From NCBI RefSeq assembly GCF_001194135.2, contig NC_068985.1, forward strand, positions 70,894,269 through 70,945,819: DNA of 51,551 bases, read 5' to 3'. The notes beneath the pieces were generated by a model that searched no databases, was not told where the DNA came from, and saw only the letters and a list, made by a program, of their open reading frames with translations. Shown here one piece after another: positions 26,766 through 41,329 of the stretch. Source of the stretch: Octopus bimaculoides. Its lineage: Eukaryota. How positions within the stretch are numbered: the stretch's first letter is position 1; the number at the start of each line of letters is the position of its first letter. A program made the translations under genes and the position numbers.

Positions 26766-27634
26766 TTATCGATATGCATGCTTATATACATATATACATG
26801 TAAATATATATTCATATATAAGGTCCCCTCTTGATACAGGAGCAAATGGAGTAAGAATAAAGGTGCTGTCTAATGACGTCTGAATTTTGTCTGAATAACA
26901 ATGAAGTGTGGCAGCTGGTTGCTGTTTTTTGGGTTGATAGAGTAGAGAATAATATTCCAGACAGCAACTGATTACGATGCACTTAGAAAAATGAAATTCA
27001 AAAATAAACTTATTATGGGAATACCTACACTATATTCACAAAAAGAAAATTACGTATAATAACAGCAGAATAGTATCCCAAGTCCTCGCCACCTTGTGTT
27101 GTGTTCAAACATACAAAGCCACGCAAAAGGAAAATAAGAGACACAAAGTAGTTAATCTCTCAGTGTTCGAGGAACACTTCAATGAGAAGCAGAAAGCGAC
27201 TTTAAATCGTTAGGAAGAGTTGAATATGTGCAGTTATATATTCAGTTTCTTCGAACAGTAATGGCATGTAACCCATGTTTTTCTATTTCTAGTTTATCGA
27301 TAAGAAGTCAGAATGGGTGATATCAAATTATAAGTCGAAAATACTCATGAAACAAGCTACATGACGTATCCCAGTAACAAGCTGAAAAATATTCTATTTT
27401 TATTCTATCGTTTACTCATGCATTCATTTGTTCACACTTTTATTCATTCGTTAGTTATTGTTATTGTTTGATAGAACACTTGAAAAATATTAACTTGTAT
27501 GCCTTCTGAGTCTTCCTGTTTGTATAGTTACTTCTCAATTTTCAGGTTTCTGGGGAAATGCAACTAATGCACACATTCGCACACTTACAAACACATGCAG
27601 ACACACGTTTTCTCTTCCTCTCTCTCACTCTCTT

Positions 27635-27672
<38 letters not shown>

Positions 27673-28419
27673 TCCTCTCTCTCTCTCATACATACACTTA
27701 ACAAGCTTGTTGATTTACATAATTCCTGCATACTAACTCACGTCGTGCTTCCTCGTTTTACTTCCATTATCATGTCTTTCAGGAGTTGACAATCGGGAAT
27801 TATTGAAACTCATGTAACTGCTCCGAACAAAAATTGTTAGAACAGTGAAAAATAGCAATAATGAATGTTTGGTGTTAAGGCAATGCTGTTTATCGCATTC
27901 AAATTTCTCTGAGATTCATGCAAGGCAAGACTGAAACAACTTTTGTCCTCTTCTACTAGAAAAAATTTATTCTATTTCTATCTGACAATTGATTCATTTT
28001 CATATTCCACTAGGATATAAGATAACAAAACCGAACTCATGTGATGTCTTTTTAACAGTTTCGGAAACCATTTCCGGATTCTTTTGCTTTTGTTTTGTAC
28101 AATTAGCTGACATTATTGCTGCATTTATTAAAGTAGATATGTATTTTTGAAAGGACATCTACAGATACCTAGCAAATGATTTGGTGACGCATAAGGAGAT
28201 TAACTATAGATAAAGTCATTTTCTTTCTTGGCCAGATAGCTGCTTTTGTAGATTTTCATATTTGTGCAATAACATCGACTCCAGTAAAGCCACAACTATG
28301 TAATACTTATATGTAGGAATCAAAAATGTTTAACGGCATCTCTTCCGACTTTACGTTCTAAGCTGAAATACCGTCGAGATCCACTTTTTGAAAATAGAAT
28401 GAGCACCATGCAAGTATTG

Positions 28420-28990
28420 GAGTCGATGTTGTTTTGAGGTTAGGTGACAACAAGTTTCCTCAAATATCAAGAATCCTTCTTAGGATTCTTGCAGAATGCA
28501 AGATTGCACTTCTCTATTTACCCTCTATAATCATATCCAGATTATGCTCCAATAATAAATTCTATCATTATGGGGAAATCCCACACAATCCTGTATTATT
28601 CTTCCCTATCACAAACGCTAAGTTGTGTTCGTACCCTTTTATGCTACTTTGAATTTGGATGTTCAGCTAACAACTCAATACATTCTTTCACCTCCAGTCA
28701 TGCCTACGCTTATACTCATTTCGTGCTACCTCACAGCATCCACTAAAGAGATATTTAATACTTTCGTTCTTTTCCCAAAGATCCTGTGTTTGCTCTCTAA
28801 CCGAGTTTTATTAATATTTGCCTTTATTAAATTTGTTTTAAAGACTTGTTCAGGAGCGGTTATAATTAGTAATTCAATTTTCGTTTTAGGTTTGCATGTA
28901 TCAACCATAACCAGCGCACTCCACTTCTAACATCCTCGTTTTGTTGCATCAACTAGTCATGCCGTCTCTTTCTCTTTCCAGCTATATGCC
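28420..28990 (-). mobile_element. Decayed, internally deleted R4/Dong 3' fragment
   Basis: ELLIITAPEQVFKTNLIKANINKTRLESKHR (pre-CCHC region), RIVWDF, and SAILHSARILRRILDI*. Confidence 0.7.
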
Positions 28991-29943
28991 CTGTCTTCTT
29001 TTCCTCTGATAAAATATCTGTTTCCGTGATTTCTTGAATATTTTTGATCACATATAAAATTCTTTCTATTTTATTCATAATAAATATCAAGATTTTCTTT
29101 TCTTAACACAAGAACCAGGCACACTTTAGAGAACACTAATAAAAATGTTCAAGTTTAACAAATAAGTTCCTGATTAACTCAAGAAAGAAGACATGAACAG
29201 TAATGAATCCTGAACAGTAATACATGAACAGTAATGTTCAAAGTAAGACTACATGGTAGTAATGAAGTGGTTACAGCTTCAATGCATTAACAATGTTTAC
29301 AGATTCTATTATTTCTATTATTACTGCATTTTGGAACAAGTTAGTGTCTGTTCTTAAAGTCAAATTGTCGAAGTCCGTACAGTAATGGTTGTGTATCACT
29401 GCAGTTGTGCTAGTAATAAATGCAGTGTGCTAGATCGGTGTAGTATCTTAGCTTTCATTTTATTTGCACAATATCGTAGTCCTGATAATTCCGTACCTAT
29501 AAATGAACTTTAATAGTATTTTCTTCGTGTAGAATAAAGTCAGTCTAATTAAACTATCCGGTGCTTTGTCTGTATGCAAAGACACCATAGAAATTTCAAA
29601 ATTGTTGCTCTCTAAGAAAGGCGGAGTTTTATTATAAGAATGAGCTTTTTCTTGAAGCAGTTTGTATTTGGTAACTCGGCGTATATAAAGTACAAAGATA
29701 ATGTGCACACTATCCACAAACATATTGTACATACATTTATGTTGTTTACGTCTTCTTCTAAATTGAGTGTTGCCTAAAATCCTCAGATATATTTTGTAGT
29801 ATGAATCTAGACAGAGAATCTAGATGGTTCGTTCGCTGATGAAGAGCGTGACCTGATGCGAATTTCAGAACTCGGCGAACATTAACATCTCAAACACGCA
29901 TTGCGTCTCCGAGACCCCAACATGGTAAAGAGGCGGTCCATTT

Positions 29944-30120
29944 AAGGCGGCGAACTTGCAGGATCGCTACCGCGCCGGACAAAATATTTGGTGGCGTTTC
30001 GCCCGTCTTTATTTTCTGACTTCAAATTCAACTGAGGTCACATTTGTCTTTCATTCTTCCGGGGTCGAATACGTACCAGTCAAGCAATGGCCTTTGTGCC
30101 TGTAATAGAAAGGATATTCT
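29944..30120 (+). mobile_element. SINE family 1, internally deleted
   Basis: AAGGCGGCGAAC head, GACTTCAAATT, GGGGTCGAATACGTACCAG, GCCTTTGTGCC tail. Confidence 0.75.
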
Positions 30121-30389
30121 GTAGTATGACACAAAATATACAGTATACTTTGTAACAAAACACAGTTAACGTACCAATAATTAATGCTAAAGCGACTCTC
30201 TAACAAAGAAATGTTTTCAACAAACAATTTTAAGTCGGCTGCACACAGAAGACATGTAAAGAAACATGGTTCTCCCTCTCCAAGTGTAATATCCCAAATT
30301 ATCATTTTCATTAACAACCTGATGTGTACCGAGGATAAAATGAAGACCAAAAGTTCTGTCAGTTTTTAATTTCCATTACTATATTCCTG

Positions 30390-30850
30390 TAATATCCTTC
30401 ATTACATCAATCAACACGCTGCCGTAAAATTGAGGCATTCATTGTTTTGTGGGACCAAATCGAAAGATTTCTTACAGTAACCGAAGTCGATAACATATTC
30501 TTGTTTTGGTACCTTTGTATTATCCTGTACCATCTTTCAACAGCTATCTAGTTAGTTTCTCGTCGGAATTTTGTATACACCCATCTGCTCGACATAAATG
30601 ATGCTCAGATTGTATTTCTTTATTACTCTTCTTTTCAGTTACACCTTTGTTTGGTATTTTAGAAAACAGTTTATAGATTATTGGGAAATAAGTGATTAGT
30701 TGATAGTTAGATAAGCCACGTGATCCTTTTTTTTTTCTTTCAGGATTCATTACTGTTCATCTAATAAGAAGTCATCTAGGCAATTAGTCTGGATTGTGTG
30801 AAAAGGTTTTAAAGGTGCTCGTTGTTTAGCAATGCAGTATGTTGTTTGAA
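30390..30850 (-). mobile_element. Decayed LINE RT fragment (RTE-like)
   Basis: KKG..LSNYQLITYFPIIYKLFSKI resembles the RT segment KKG..L.NYRPI.LL...YKLF.KI. Confidence 0.45.
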
Positions 30851-31886
30851 ATTATCAATGTATTCCTTCATCACACATTATGGATTTCTATTTTTTCTAA
30901 AAGAGTTATATATTGCCAAATGGGCTATGTTGAAGGCTTTTCTACGTAGAGTATGTATTCTATAGTTAAATTTACTCGTGCGGTTGTGTATTCTCGGTTG
31001 GTAACTACTACCTTTTATTAGGACACAGAGTGTACATAAATACTGCATTGCCTATTTCTGCGAATGTGTGTAAGTAAAGTAAATTGTTTAACTGGATAAT
31101 AGAACAGATGCCACATGTTGGGAATATTTGTATCCCCTTTAGTACATTATTGATAGTGTCTCTTAATCCACGTTGTTCGTTAAGAGAGGTTCTTTTATAA
31201 ACATGTCTAACACTCGTGAGGAGTATTGTAGCTTGTTGCATTTTCGCTTTTAGCAAGTTGTTGATACATGTGCCGTCAACTTCTTTTTCAATTTCTATAG
31301 AACATTATCCAATCCCATCAGTAATAGAAGCCATATTTACTGTTACTAAAGAAACACCGTAAGCGGTATGGTTTACTATTAAGATTATCATCGTTACGGT
31401 CATCAGCAACAATGGTGTTATTCTCGTTATAAATACTTATTATTAGCATGTCTAACAGAAATTTCTCTTTTTACAGCATTACTAAATAAATAGCAACGCT
31501 CGCTCTTTACAGCCTCTGTTTTTAAATTCCTTAAGCAACATCTCATACTGATTATATTAATCCACCCGCTTTATTCATTGTGCTGGACTGGTTGCGCCTG
31601 CGTATATCTTTCTTGTATCAATGCATTTATGACGCATTTGATGTTGGAGCATTTGCATTCGTCATTTAAAGTTCGATCGTTCTTGAACGTGAGTTCGTGA
31701 GAGGATAAATGACCAACCGTAACTGGATGCATTTCTGGTTATGACTATTAGTCCTAGTAAATAATCCGTCTAATATAACACATAAAATACTTATGTGGGT
31801 ATATGTTTTTTTTTTTTATTTGATCAAGTCAAAGCAGTGATAAACACAACTAACAAGCGAATAGAATGATGTTACTATTATCGTTT

Positions 31887-32052
31887 TTGAGTGAGGGAGC
31901 AACGCATACCATCAAAGTAACATTGTAGTACAAATATACGAAGTCCAATGTACCCATCATGACTACCGCTCTGTTACATGGATCACAATTATATGGACGT
32001 TTCATAGTGATACCATATCAAGATAAACAGTGCACGATCCTGCACGTGGGGC
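31887..32052 (-). mobile_element. ~560-bp element, copy 4 (only the putative 3' ~165 bp)
   Basis: TTGAGTGAGGGAGCAACGCATACCATCAAAGT..TATACGAAG..ATATCAAGATAAACAG, followed directly by (TTA)n. Confidence 0.75.
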
Positions 32053-32099
32053 TTATTATTATTATGATTATGATTATTATTATCATTATCATTGTTAGT

Positions 32100-32130
<31 letters not shown>

Positions 32131-32171
32131 TTATTATTATTATCATCATCATCATCATCATTATTATTATT

Positions 32172-32372
32172 AAGGCGGCGAGCTGACACAATCGTTAGCA
32201 TGTCAAATAAAAAGCTTAGCGGCTTTTTTCACTTCTCTACGTTCTGAGCTCAGATTCCACCGAAATTAACTTTGCTTTTCATCCCTCCAGGATCGATAGG
32301 GCAGATGTCATCAACTTATCCCTTTTCCTCAAAATTACTAACCTTGTGCCAAAATCAGAAAGAATGTTTATT
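32172..32372 (+). mobile_element. SINE family 1
   Basis: AAGGCGGCGAGCTGACACAATCGTTAGC head and CCTTGTGCCAAAAT tail followed by (TTG)n(TTA)n. Confidence 0.8.
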
Positions 32373-32379
32373 GTTGTTG

Positions 32380-32432
<53 letters not shown>

Positions 32433-33289
32433 TGGGGTGGGGTGATGTCCTTGTTAGTACTGTTGTATGTTTCATTATGCAAGAGAGCCATTGCGATGCT
32501 ATTAGTGTCGAAGCATTATCGTAACAAGCATTTCTTTTGAACTAAAACCAGGTTCCTTTATCGTCGTAATTATTTGCTATAGCAGCCCGACATAATTGCC
32601 CTTATTATTTTCAACAAAAATTTTTACCGACCTATCAGATCACTGTTTGAGAAGTGTAATTGTATTTCAATGCAATTGAAATTCTTCATTTTTAAACGAT
32701 TTAAGTGGGTAATGCCTTTTGGACGTTGATTTAAAGGAGACGAGAAGGAAAATTAAAATACATTACAACCAAAGAATAGAAATTGTTTTTGTACTGTTTT
32801 CTTTCTCCTTTTTTGTCGTTTAAATAACAATTCATTAACATTCCCTGGAATTTTGATTTACAGAAGCATGTAACAACCTTTACAGTCTTCAAATATACAT
32901 CACTCCAATACATCACAACGGAGCCTCTTCATGACAAAACAGCAAAATAAAATAAACATTTAACATTCACATTGAAAACGTTTTTAATTTCACTATTTGA
33001 AGGCTAAACCTTTCCAACTTAAAATTACACTTTTATCATTAATAAATCTTTATCAGAGTAACTTAAAAATTATTTAAAGAAAGGTGGTGGGTTGAATGTT
33101 GAGAAAAACTTTAATGAATTGTTTTTATACCACTATGCTTAATTACGCTCCTGTACACGCTGAGTTCAAATCGCGCGCAGATCAGATTTGTTTTTCGTCT
33201 TTTCGGAATAGATTTTAATAAGTAAACAAATATTCCAGACTGTATAATCAGACATTTTCTTATTTCAGCTGATTATGTTAGAACTGATA

Positions 33290-33470
33290 TGGATTGATAG
33301 AATCGTTAGAGAGTCGGAAAAATTGTCTTGAGTATTTAGTTACAGCTCTTGGAGTAAAGTTTACTGCTCAACCTTCCGAGGTTAGTAAAATAAAGAGCCG
33401 GGGTAACGATTTAATCGAGTAAACACTCACCCAAATATCAGGCTTCCTGCCTATATCAGAAGCTATCATT
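33290..33470 (+). mobile_element. SINE family 1, strongly decayed
   Basis: AGAATCGTTAG..., GATTTAATCGAG, CAGGCTTCCTGCCTATATCAGAAG and an ATT tail. Confidence 0.45.
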
Positions 33471-33474
33471 ATTG

Positions 33475-35330
33475 TTTCTTGTGATTCTTCACAGTTTCTA
33501 AACCTGGCATGAATTGTTTTAAGGTCTCTCCATTCACGTCTGACACTTCAGAGAAAGAGAACATTTCGCGGAATAGGAACATCTAATAAAGCAATATTTT
33601 TTATAGAGCCAATATCATATTTTATTTTAAGTTGGTCAAGGATCGGTGGCAGTTTCTTTGGAACAGATGCCACAGCTCTATGTACACACTCACTGGTTTC
33701 ACCGATCAAATTCCTTATTCATCGATCTCGAGAGCAGAAGGTAACTCTACGTGGGGTCTTTACGAATATATTCCATTTTACCCGTATCAATATCCTGATT
33801 TCCTCTCTTTTCACCTATCCCACTTGCTACATGCTCTTCTTTGCTTTCAGGTTCGTTATCAATAATTTCTAAGTTGATTTCTTCCAATGACTCATCAAAA
33901 CCATGCATATCTTGCAGCCTTAATATTGCTCATGATTTCTTTAAATTCAACAAGGATAAACCAGTTATTTTTCTACATAACACAAATTTGGCACATGAGT
34001 TGGGTCACACTGATCTCAAGTATGCCCTTTTCATTGTTGGTGGACCTTTTTCCGATACCACGTTTACAAATAGCTTCGTCTTCATAGAAGCACTGAATAA
34101 TAACTTTGTTATCATTTTTTTCCTTTTTTTTTTTTTTTTTTACCTATGCTTTCGACATTCAGCTATTCCCTTTCCTGCCTTTTTAAATTGCTTTCGAATA
34201 TTATGCTTTCATGATGGTAAACTCCTTCGGCGACTAAACATATTCAGTGTAATTTTCTACATATTATATCAACGCTAGTTTATTATTGTCTTTGACATTT
34301 TTCCAGAATTTTTCTCTGAACACTTTACTTTCTTTTGCATTCGGTCTTATGTTATCATTTCACTTATTCCCCTACAGAATACAAGGACACATTTCTAGCT
34401 TGATTGATAAGGGCAGTTGTGCTTATATTGGCTGTTTCATCCTTCATTCTTCCTGAATTTGGCAGTTTTTGCTTTTAAACTCTGCCTTAGTTCTTCGATC
34501 GATGTGCAAAGTTTCATTTTTTTTTTTTTTTACGAGATACATTTTCTTCGAATCTACTTTTCTTTCATTCCTTTGATATATTATGCATTGTCTTGTCTTG
34601 CTTACTTATTGGTGTCCCTAAAGCCGCTAACTTTCATTAAGATCTGCCTTTTCCATCAGAGTACCTGCTGATCCTTGTTTGTCCTTTCTTATACACAAAT
34701 ATTTCTAAAAATACTTTACCACACCTTGTGTTAGGAATTTTTATGTTTTCGCAGATAATCTAATCAATAACACTGCTAACTTTCGATACTATTTCTTTAA
34801 ACTTTGTTCTAACCATTTTCCTCAAATTTACTGACTCTAAAGCTTCCGTTTGCTTTAGGTTCTGCCTCGCTGTTTTTAAAGATCTTTTGACGATCATTTT
34901 CTAGGTTGTTTGCATCAAATTCCTTGTCTTTTCACACGATACATCTTGCGTTTACTTCAAATGACAATTTTATCTTCCTGGATATCTACCTCCCACGCTC
35001 CCGAATCTTTGAGAAGTTATTTAGTTACTGTAATTCTTGGTTGATATTCCTCGGAATTTCTTCAATTTCGAGGTTAGAATAGTAATTCCATACTCAATAG
35101 TTGTTCTGCAAGCTGTTGCTCACTAAAAAATGGGATATCAATCCAAATGTCCAACATCACTATCCAGAATTTGCAGTTTATTGACTGACTTCTTAAATAA
35201 CATACCACTGCACCCGTGTAGCTTTTCATTTTCGATTTCACTTTCTGTACAGTTGTAGGATAGGGTCTCTACACTGTGCAGCAGAGTTCCTTCTGGTTTT
35301 AAAATCTTTACTAGAAGCTCCACTTTCATT
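33475..35330 (-). mobile_element. Decayed R4/Dong element with internal deletions and a distinct 3' UTR
   Basis: AVASVPKKLPPILDQLKIKYDIGSIKNIALL..RNVLSL* fits the R4 C-terminus GALG.VPK.L...L..L.I..IQK.ALL..ILR.VL. The upstream part is A-rich and broken; boundaries approximate. Confidence 0.6.
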
Positions 35331-36249
35331 CAAGCCGTTGTTACTTAGACATACGCTTGACATAATGTATTCATATATATATATATATATATAAATAGGA
35401 TGGTAGGCTGAGGCTTACACTGCCATCAATGTTTTTATCAAGACACTATCTCGTTTACTAACTGTGTCTAATGAGAGCCGCTCCTTCTTGACAAAATTTG
35501 TATTTGCACGTATTATTTCATTTCAATCACTAAATATTCTTATTAAAATATGTATTCGTCAGACAACCATAATTATTATATAATTATTTATATTCTTTAA
35601 AGTTTACTCAATGAAGAAAAACAGCAGCCATGATCTTTTTCAAAGTACCAGAGACTGATGGGGTGCAGTGAAGAAGGTGTCCTCCTCGATAATGCACGAC
35701 TGTCTGATTATGTAAGAACTGTATTATTTGTCAAATGGTTTATTTATACCTGTTTTTCTATGCTCATATGAGAGTTTCAAAATTCTACAAGCAAATGGGT
35801 TCTCTAACGCTAACAGCTCACTGGTGAAATAAATATGATAATGCTATATTTGTTTCCAACTGTTAACACGTACATTAATTTATATTCCCTAATAACACAG
35901 TACACTACTATTGGCAGGGCTTCAATAACTTTGCTTAAGAAAATGCAGAAGTTGTTGTTGCCATTGTTGTCGTCAGTTTTTGTTATTTTTGTTGTCGTTG
36001 TTGATGCTTAACCCTAAATCAGCACCGCTAGAGTAAGCGTATGGTTAAAAACGTTTCAGCTGTTACCATCCTCAATTTGCTTTCAACATAACATGTAATT
36101 CTGCTTTATTCCAACTAGGAACACAGTAGCAAAAAGTATGCGGAGTTATTGATTGAATTTATATGGAATTCTGATTCACCAAAGCAACTTGGAAAGACTA
36201 AACAATTAAGAACACTTATATCATGGTAGACAAAGAAACAGAGATAGCA

Positions 36250-37250
36250 GAATTCGAACAAACATGGATATACAAATACTCTGGAATTAATTAACTAAAC
36301 CAATAAAGTTCTGGAAGAACTATTACCAACGAATAAGATTAATACAGAAAACACAGTTAAAGACAATTTAATATACATCAATACTTTTACTTTTCTAGTA
36401 ATAAATTTGTGTTATGATTTTCTCAACTGAATGTCAAATGAACTAGTAAAATTTCCGTGACGAAAGCACAGAAAAATAATGAGAATCTTATGTTTATTTT
36501 TGCCATGAAAATAAGTAGGTGTCATGTCCAAATAGAAAATACAATAAGATATCCATAGTAGGGCTTCCAATATATATTGTATGTATCAACGAGAAACGAA
36601 TACAAACATGAAAACAACTGTTCTCTGTTTAAAAACAGACTCTCAAATAACCGACTGTCTTGAGAAGGAGGCAACAGTCATTGGAAAAACCATTTAAATT
36701 GATGGCATGAAAAGACTTCATGTGACTAAAAGTTGAAAATGTTGAACATGGTGTAAATAAATAAATAAAAATTACACCAATGACTAAGAAGTATAGCACT
36801 TAAAACTAATACAGAATGATTTTCACTGATCAAACATTCTGAGACAAGAAAGAAAAAAATTAATCACATCGTGTCGGACTGTCCAGTCTTACCAAAGAAA
36901 ATAAATATTTATCACAGCGAAGACAGATTTTAGGCCTTCATTTATTTGAGGTTATGGCAGTATAATGAACTACTAAACATACACAGTAGACAAGAGCTAA
37001 ATGAAGAGATAACTTTGGGGAAAATGTACAGAAAATGAAATTCTTCGACTTCTAGTATCAGTTTCAAAATACTATGAACAATATACAAAATATATTATGA
37101 AATTATCCAAGTATGAAAATCTAGAAAGTAGAAACAATCCCCATAGTAATAGCTACGTTAACAGCCAGGCAAAAAGCCTACATATGAATAAATAAGCAGT
37201 ATTCCTGGTATGTACAACATACAGAAAATATAGGCACTATATATATATCG
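36250..37250 (+). mobile_element. Old R4/Dong fragment resembling family A, plus strand
   Basis: INHIVSDCPVL (CCHC region) and KVETIPIVIA (compare KIETIPIIVG at ~13800). Confidence 0.55.
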
Positions 37251-37399
37251 ACTTAACGAGGTTAGTGCGTCACCTCATTATCCTCTGGTCATCCATCTGA
37301 AATAGCTAGCCTAATTACACAGCAAAGGGTATTAAGAAGCTGCTAACATATAGGTGCCTCTCTCCTCCCCTTAGAAGCTTGACCGTTGTTTTCTCTTTG

Positions 37400-38350
37400 G
37401 CAAGTGCTACCGCTTTTCGACAAGTTTATGTCTTATTTTGCTTCGTACTTCATTCGCCCAACTGAATTGGTAGTCGTTAACCTTCTATCACGATACAGAT
37501 TGCATATGACACTAATAGTAAATAGTAGAGGCTCTACTCTCCTCGATCTTCGTGTAATCCACTACGAACTTAATATATCCGACAGCATCACAGTGACATT
37601 GTCAGCATATACTGATATTACCCTTCTGTGACATAGAGTACAGTGCTACTTACGTGGTAGTACTATACATCAAGGCCTTGTTTTCCAGCACAGTTCTCAT
37701 CTGATCTTCACACATCGGTCTGATATGATCGAAAACGTTCAAAAGCCTGTACGAGTAAACTGCAATTCTAGCTGTAGCACACCTCTAAGATTTGGGTACT
37801 CGATTTGGACTCGACCAGGATTGGATTTCATCGGTGTTGTTACTTACTGGATGTATGGCATAATATGACTTGTATAGCATAACATGTATGTATTATACTG
37901 TATGGCATAACATGTCATGTATTCTGAGTTTGGTTACCTTTTGTCCCATAAAGGAGAACAGAAGTTGGTATTCCTCAAAGGTGTCCACTGTCGTTGGGAG
38001 ATTTAGGGTATCCTTTTTTCTCTTTCGTGAACAATGCCAAACTGCCTGTTTTAGCTCTTCTTTATGTATCACATAATATCCTTATTTCTTTCATACACTT
38101 CTCGATTTGCTTTAGCCTTTCCACACTCCACGTTTTTCTATTGATACATCTGCAGACTACAGAGAGTTTCTTCTCTCGCTTCACATAAGCCACTGACCTG
38201 CTGCAAGTCATCACAGACAGTTTGTGTTCTTGTCTGATATTTAACTTTTCCTGTAGATCCCCTATGATTCAAGATAGCGCGGTGACATTTATGAATAAAA
38301 CACGCTTCTTTGCGTTAGCTTGCATAGATTAAACCTGGATTCGTGAGCAG
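37400..38350 (-). mobile_element. Decayed L1/Tx1 RT fragment
   Basis: ISVYADNVTVMLSD fits the (A/Y)YADD(V/I)TV catalytic motif of L1/Tx1 RTs, with a downstream INLSKS-like remnant. Confidence 0.5.
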
Positions 38351-38699
38351 CTGGCATAGATGTCACGCTTCTGTAGGAATAATAACAATGGTGTTATTGA
38401 TGTAGTTATGTTAATGTTTGTTGTAGTGCTGGGTGTACTGCAAAAGCTGTTGGTTTTATTCTTCCCTTACTCCGTTGTACTTGTTATCTCTCGGTAGATT
38501 CTAGTTGTTGATAATTTTGTGTTTTCCCTCCGTTTTGTTACATCCACATCTTTAGTGATGGTAACTGCGGATGTGCTAATGGTAGTGATGATTGTGGAAG
38601 ATGTATAGTTTACTGAGAGAGAGGAAAATTCTCATCAGGAAAAGATGCCGCCTTTGATGTTGCTCACCACTCTCTTTCGTTCTCTAATTTTCTAATTCT

Positions 38700-39330
38700 T
38701 TTGAGTTCTAATCACCATTAGGTATTCTAACATTAGAAAAGCTCATGAAGAAATTCAATGCAACAAACACATCAGTCGCTACATTCATTAAAAATACAGT
38801 AACCACACATAAAATATTTTGTATGAATCAACTGCATACTAAGCGAAGCATAAACGAACGTATTATCAAAAACATCCTAAGATCGAACACAAAATGAATT
38901 ACGCCAAATCATAAATTAACGCTAATAACATACTACAAAAACATTATAATTATAAACTTTTTTATCAATAACAAACCAAATGTATGCGACCCAGCGATTA
39001 AGCTAGTCTTGACTAATGAGATTTATAAAGTTGATTGCATATTACTCTTAATGATATTGGCCATACAAGAACGACACACTTACCGGCTGACCATGCACTT
39101 ACACAAGCAGCTATTGAAATGCACTTTACTAAACAACAGCGACCTAATTAGGAAAGCATTAATGTAGAATACACATCCATTTACTGTACAGTACAGAATT
39201 TCTCACAAAATAGAATATTTGTATTGGCAGCAATCAGCAAAAGCCATAGCTTAACGAAGAACTTATAAAATACGCAGTCAACATACGCTCGTCCCAAATA
39301 AACATCTGACTGATTACTTATGGTTAACAC
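38700..39330 (+). mobile_element. Penelope-like element, GIY-YIG endonuclease region, decayed
   Basis: ERIIKNILRSNT..KLTLITYYKN..NFFINN, then IGHTRTT..RLTMHL across frames and RIFVLAAI. These match my recollection of the PLE linker and YIG-T..TL..RLT.H motifs. Confidence 0.6.
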
Positions 39331-41329
39331 TATTTAGCTAATGGTTAAAATTCAAATTCCAGTTACATTTGCCCCACCCTACTATGAAAATATTTGCAAC
39401 ACACTCCAACATCATTATTTTGTTCCTGAAGGTAAGGCTCTGCAAGTCTATCAACCCTGGTGACGGATTTAGGAAATTTACAATTCAAAAGAAACTTCAA
39501 TGAACTCATAACAAACATATGAAAAGAAAAGCATGGCTGAAAATAGTTTATTGGAATGCAGATCTGTCTTCTACACGTAGGCACACTCACACATATATAT
39601 TTGTCTATGTATGTATGTATGTATGTATGTATGTATGTATGTATGTATGTATGTATGTATGCAAAAGTGCACGCAGTAAATCCATATTTTTTAACCATCA
39701 GTGCACATTCAAAGCTAATAAGATACGTTAGACAGTCCTAATTGACTTTCAGATTTCTAAATTTTCTCTGTGGTCATGAAAGAAAGATCGTTCGATCCAT
39801 ACTTTAGAATGTCTAAACGTTCTCAACAGCAACCGTTTAACTTCTTAACTGACTACTGCTTCTGAACCCATCACACACGAATTCCTACCAATCAACTCAA
39901 TTGATCGAAATACTGTTGCGTTGGCAACGTTTCTTTATCATGTACCATAGGATAAAGTCATAGAATTTCGTCGTCATTTCATAAGTAAACATGTTAAAAT
40001 TAATTGAATTCATTGTTTGGGGAGTCGTATTCTACAAAATAAATATATATGTTTCTGTTGCATTTAAAGTATTTTATTCAGGCGGGCAGCTGTTTGCAGC
40101 ATCAGTGATTTCCTATATCAGTGGTGACAAATTTCGGCTTGGTATGCAATTGTGTGTTATTAGATGCTATTGACAGAACCCATCGGGGCAGAAATGCCTC
40201 CAAATTACTCAGCAGCCGCTGCTAGAACTATTCTTCTCTGCTCCCGATATATATTGTTTCAAAATACAGCACGTCCGTAAGAGAATATATCTTCCAGACG
40301 AATGCCACATATTTATATATATGCCGCATATATATAATATATATATATATATGTGTGTTGTGTGTATATACATATATATATATATAAGACACATAAAGAA
40401 AAATAAATTCGTTTATATAATAGTCAATTTCATGTCACCTATGCAGGTTTCAATTCCTACCTCCATTCATATTTTACATTTAAAACTGCATTATGAATTT
40501 AAAAGGTAAAATTCTTTTCAGGGCAGAATTAACATATATTCTTATCTACTCATTTAAATCCTAATGCATGGAGAGCTTCATACATAATAAATAGCAGCAT
40601 GTGTATATGCGTTTGTGTGTGTTAGCATATGTGTCTTTAGATTTCGTTCTAAAAATAGCTAGAGGTTAATCCACGACCACAGTGAGCAATGGCTAGTTGC
40701 AGTCTTCAAAGGCTAGGTCACATAACTAGTCACCCTTAATGGAGTTTAGCTAGGTTTTTAGAGGCAGGCTGCCACTTTTCTCCCTACACGTCAGGAGAAT
40801 AAAATAAGAATATATGTGTGTATGNNNNNNNNNNNNNNNNNNNNNNNNNNNNNNNNNNNNNNNNNNNNNNNNNNNNNNNNNNNNNNNNNNNNNNNNNNNN
40901 NNNNNNNNNNNNNNNNNNNNNNNNNNNNNNNNNNNNNNNNNNNNNNNNNNNNNNNNNNNNNNNNNNNNNNNNNNNNNNNNNNNNNNNNNNNNNNNNNNNN
41001 NNNNNNNNNNNNNNNNNNNNNNNNNNTATATATATAGCGACGTACGTCCACTTTGGTCTCTTACATGTAGTATATATCTATCTAAGTCTTGTACGATTCT
41101 TTCTTTTATTCTTTTATTCTTTCCTACTTTCTATCAGCCCTTTCACGCTTATTTCGTTCATTCCACTCTTCGCTCTTTCACCCCACTCTCTCAAATTTCA
41201 TTGCTTTCACCTCATGCTCACTTTCCCTCCTCTTTTCACTTCATTGTGTCCCTGTCATTTTTTCTTGCCCCTCCTTATTTCTTCTATCCCTCTACCTCTA
41301 CCTCTCTGTCTTCTCTCCCCACGTGACCG

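Noticed and set aside
29194-29235. Three TGAACAGTAAT repeats with short spacers
   Set aside because: The unit and spacers are far too short for CRISPR, and the context is eukaryotic. It is a local slippage duplication.
38985-39008. GCTAGT preceded by a GC-rich word as a second Helitron end
   Set aside because: No proper hairpin, and it lies inside the Penelope-like coding remnant.
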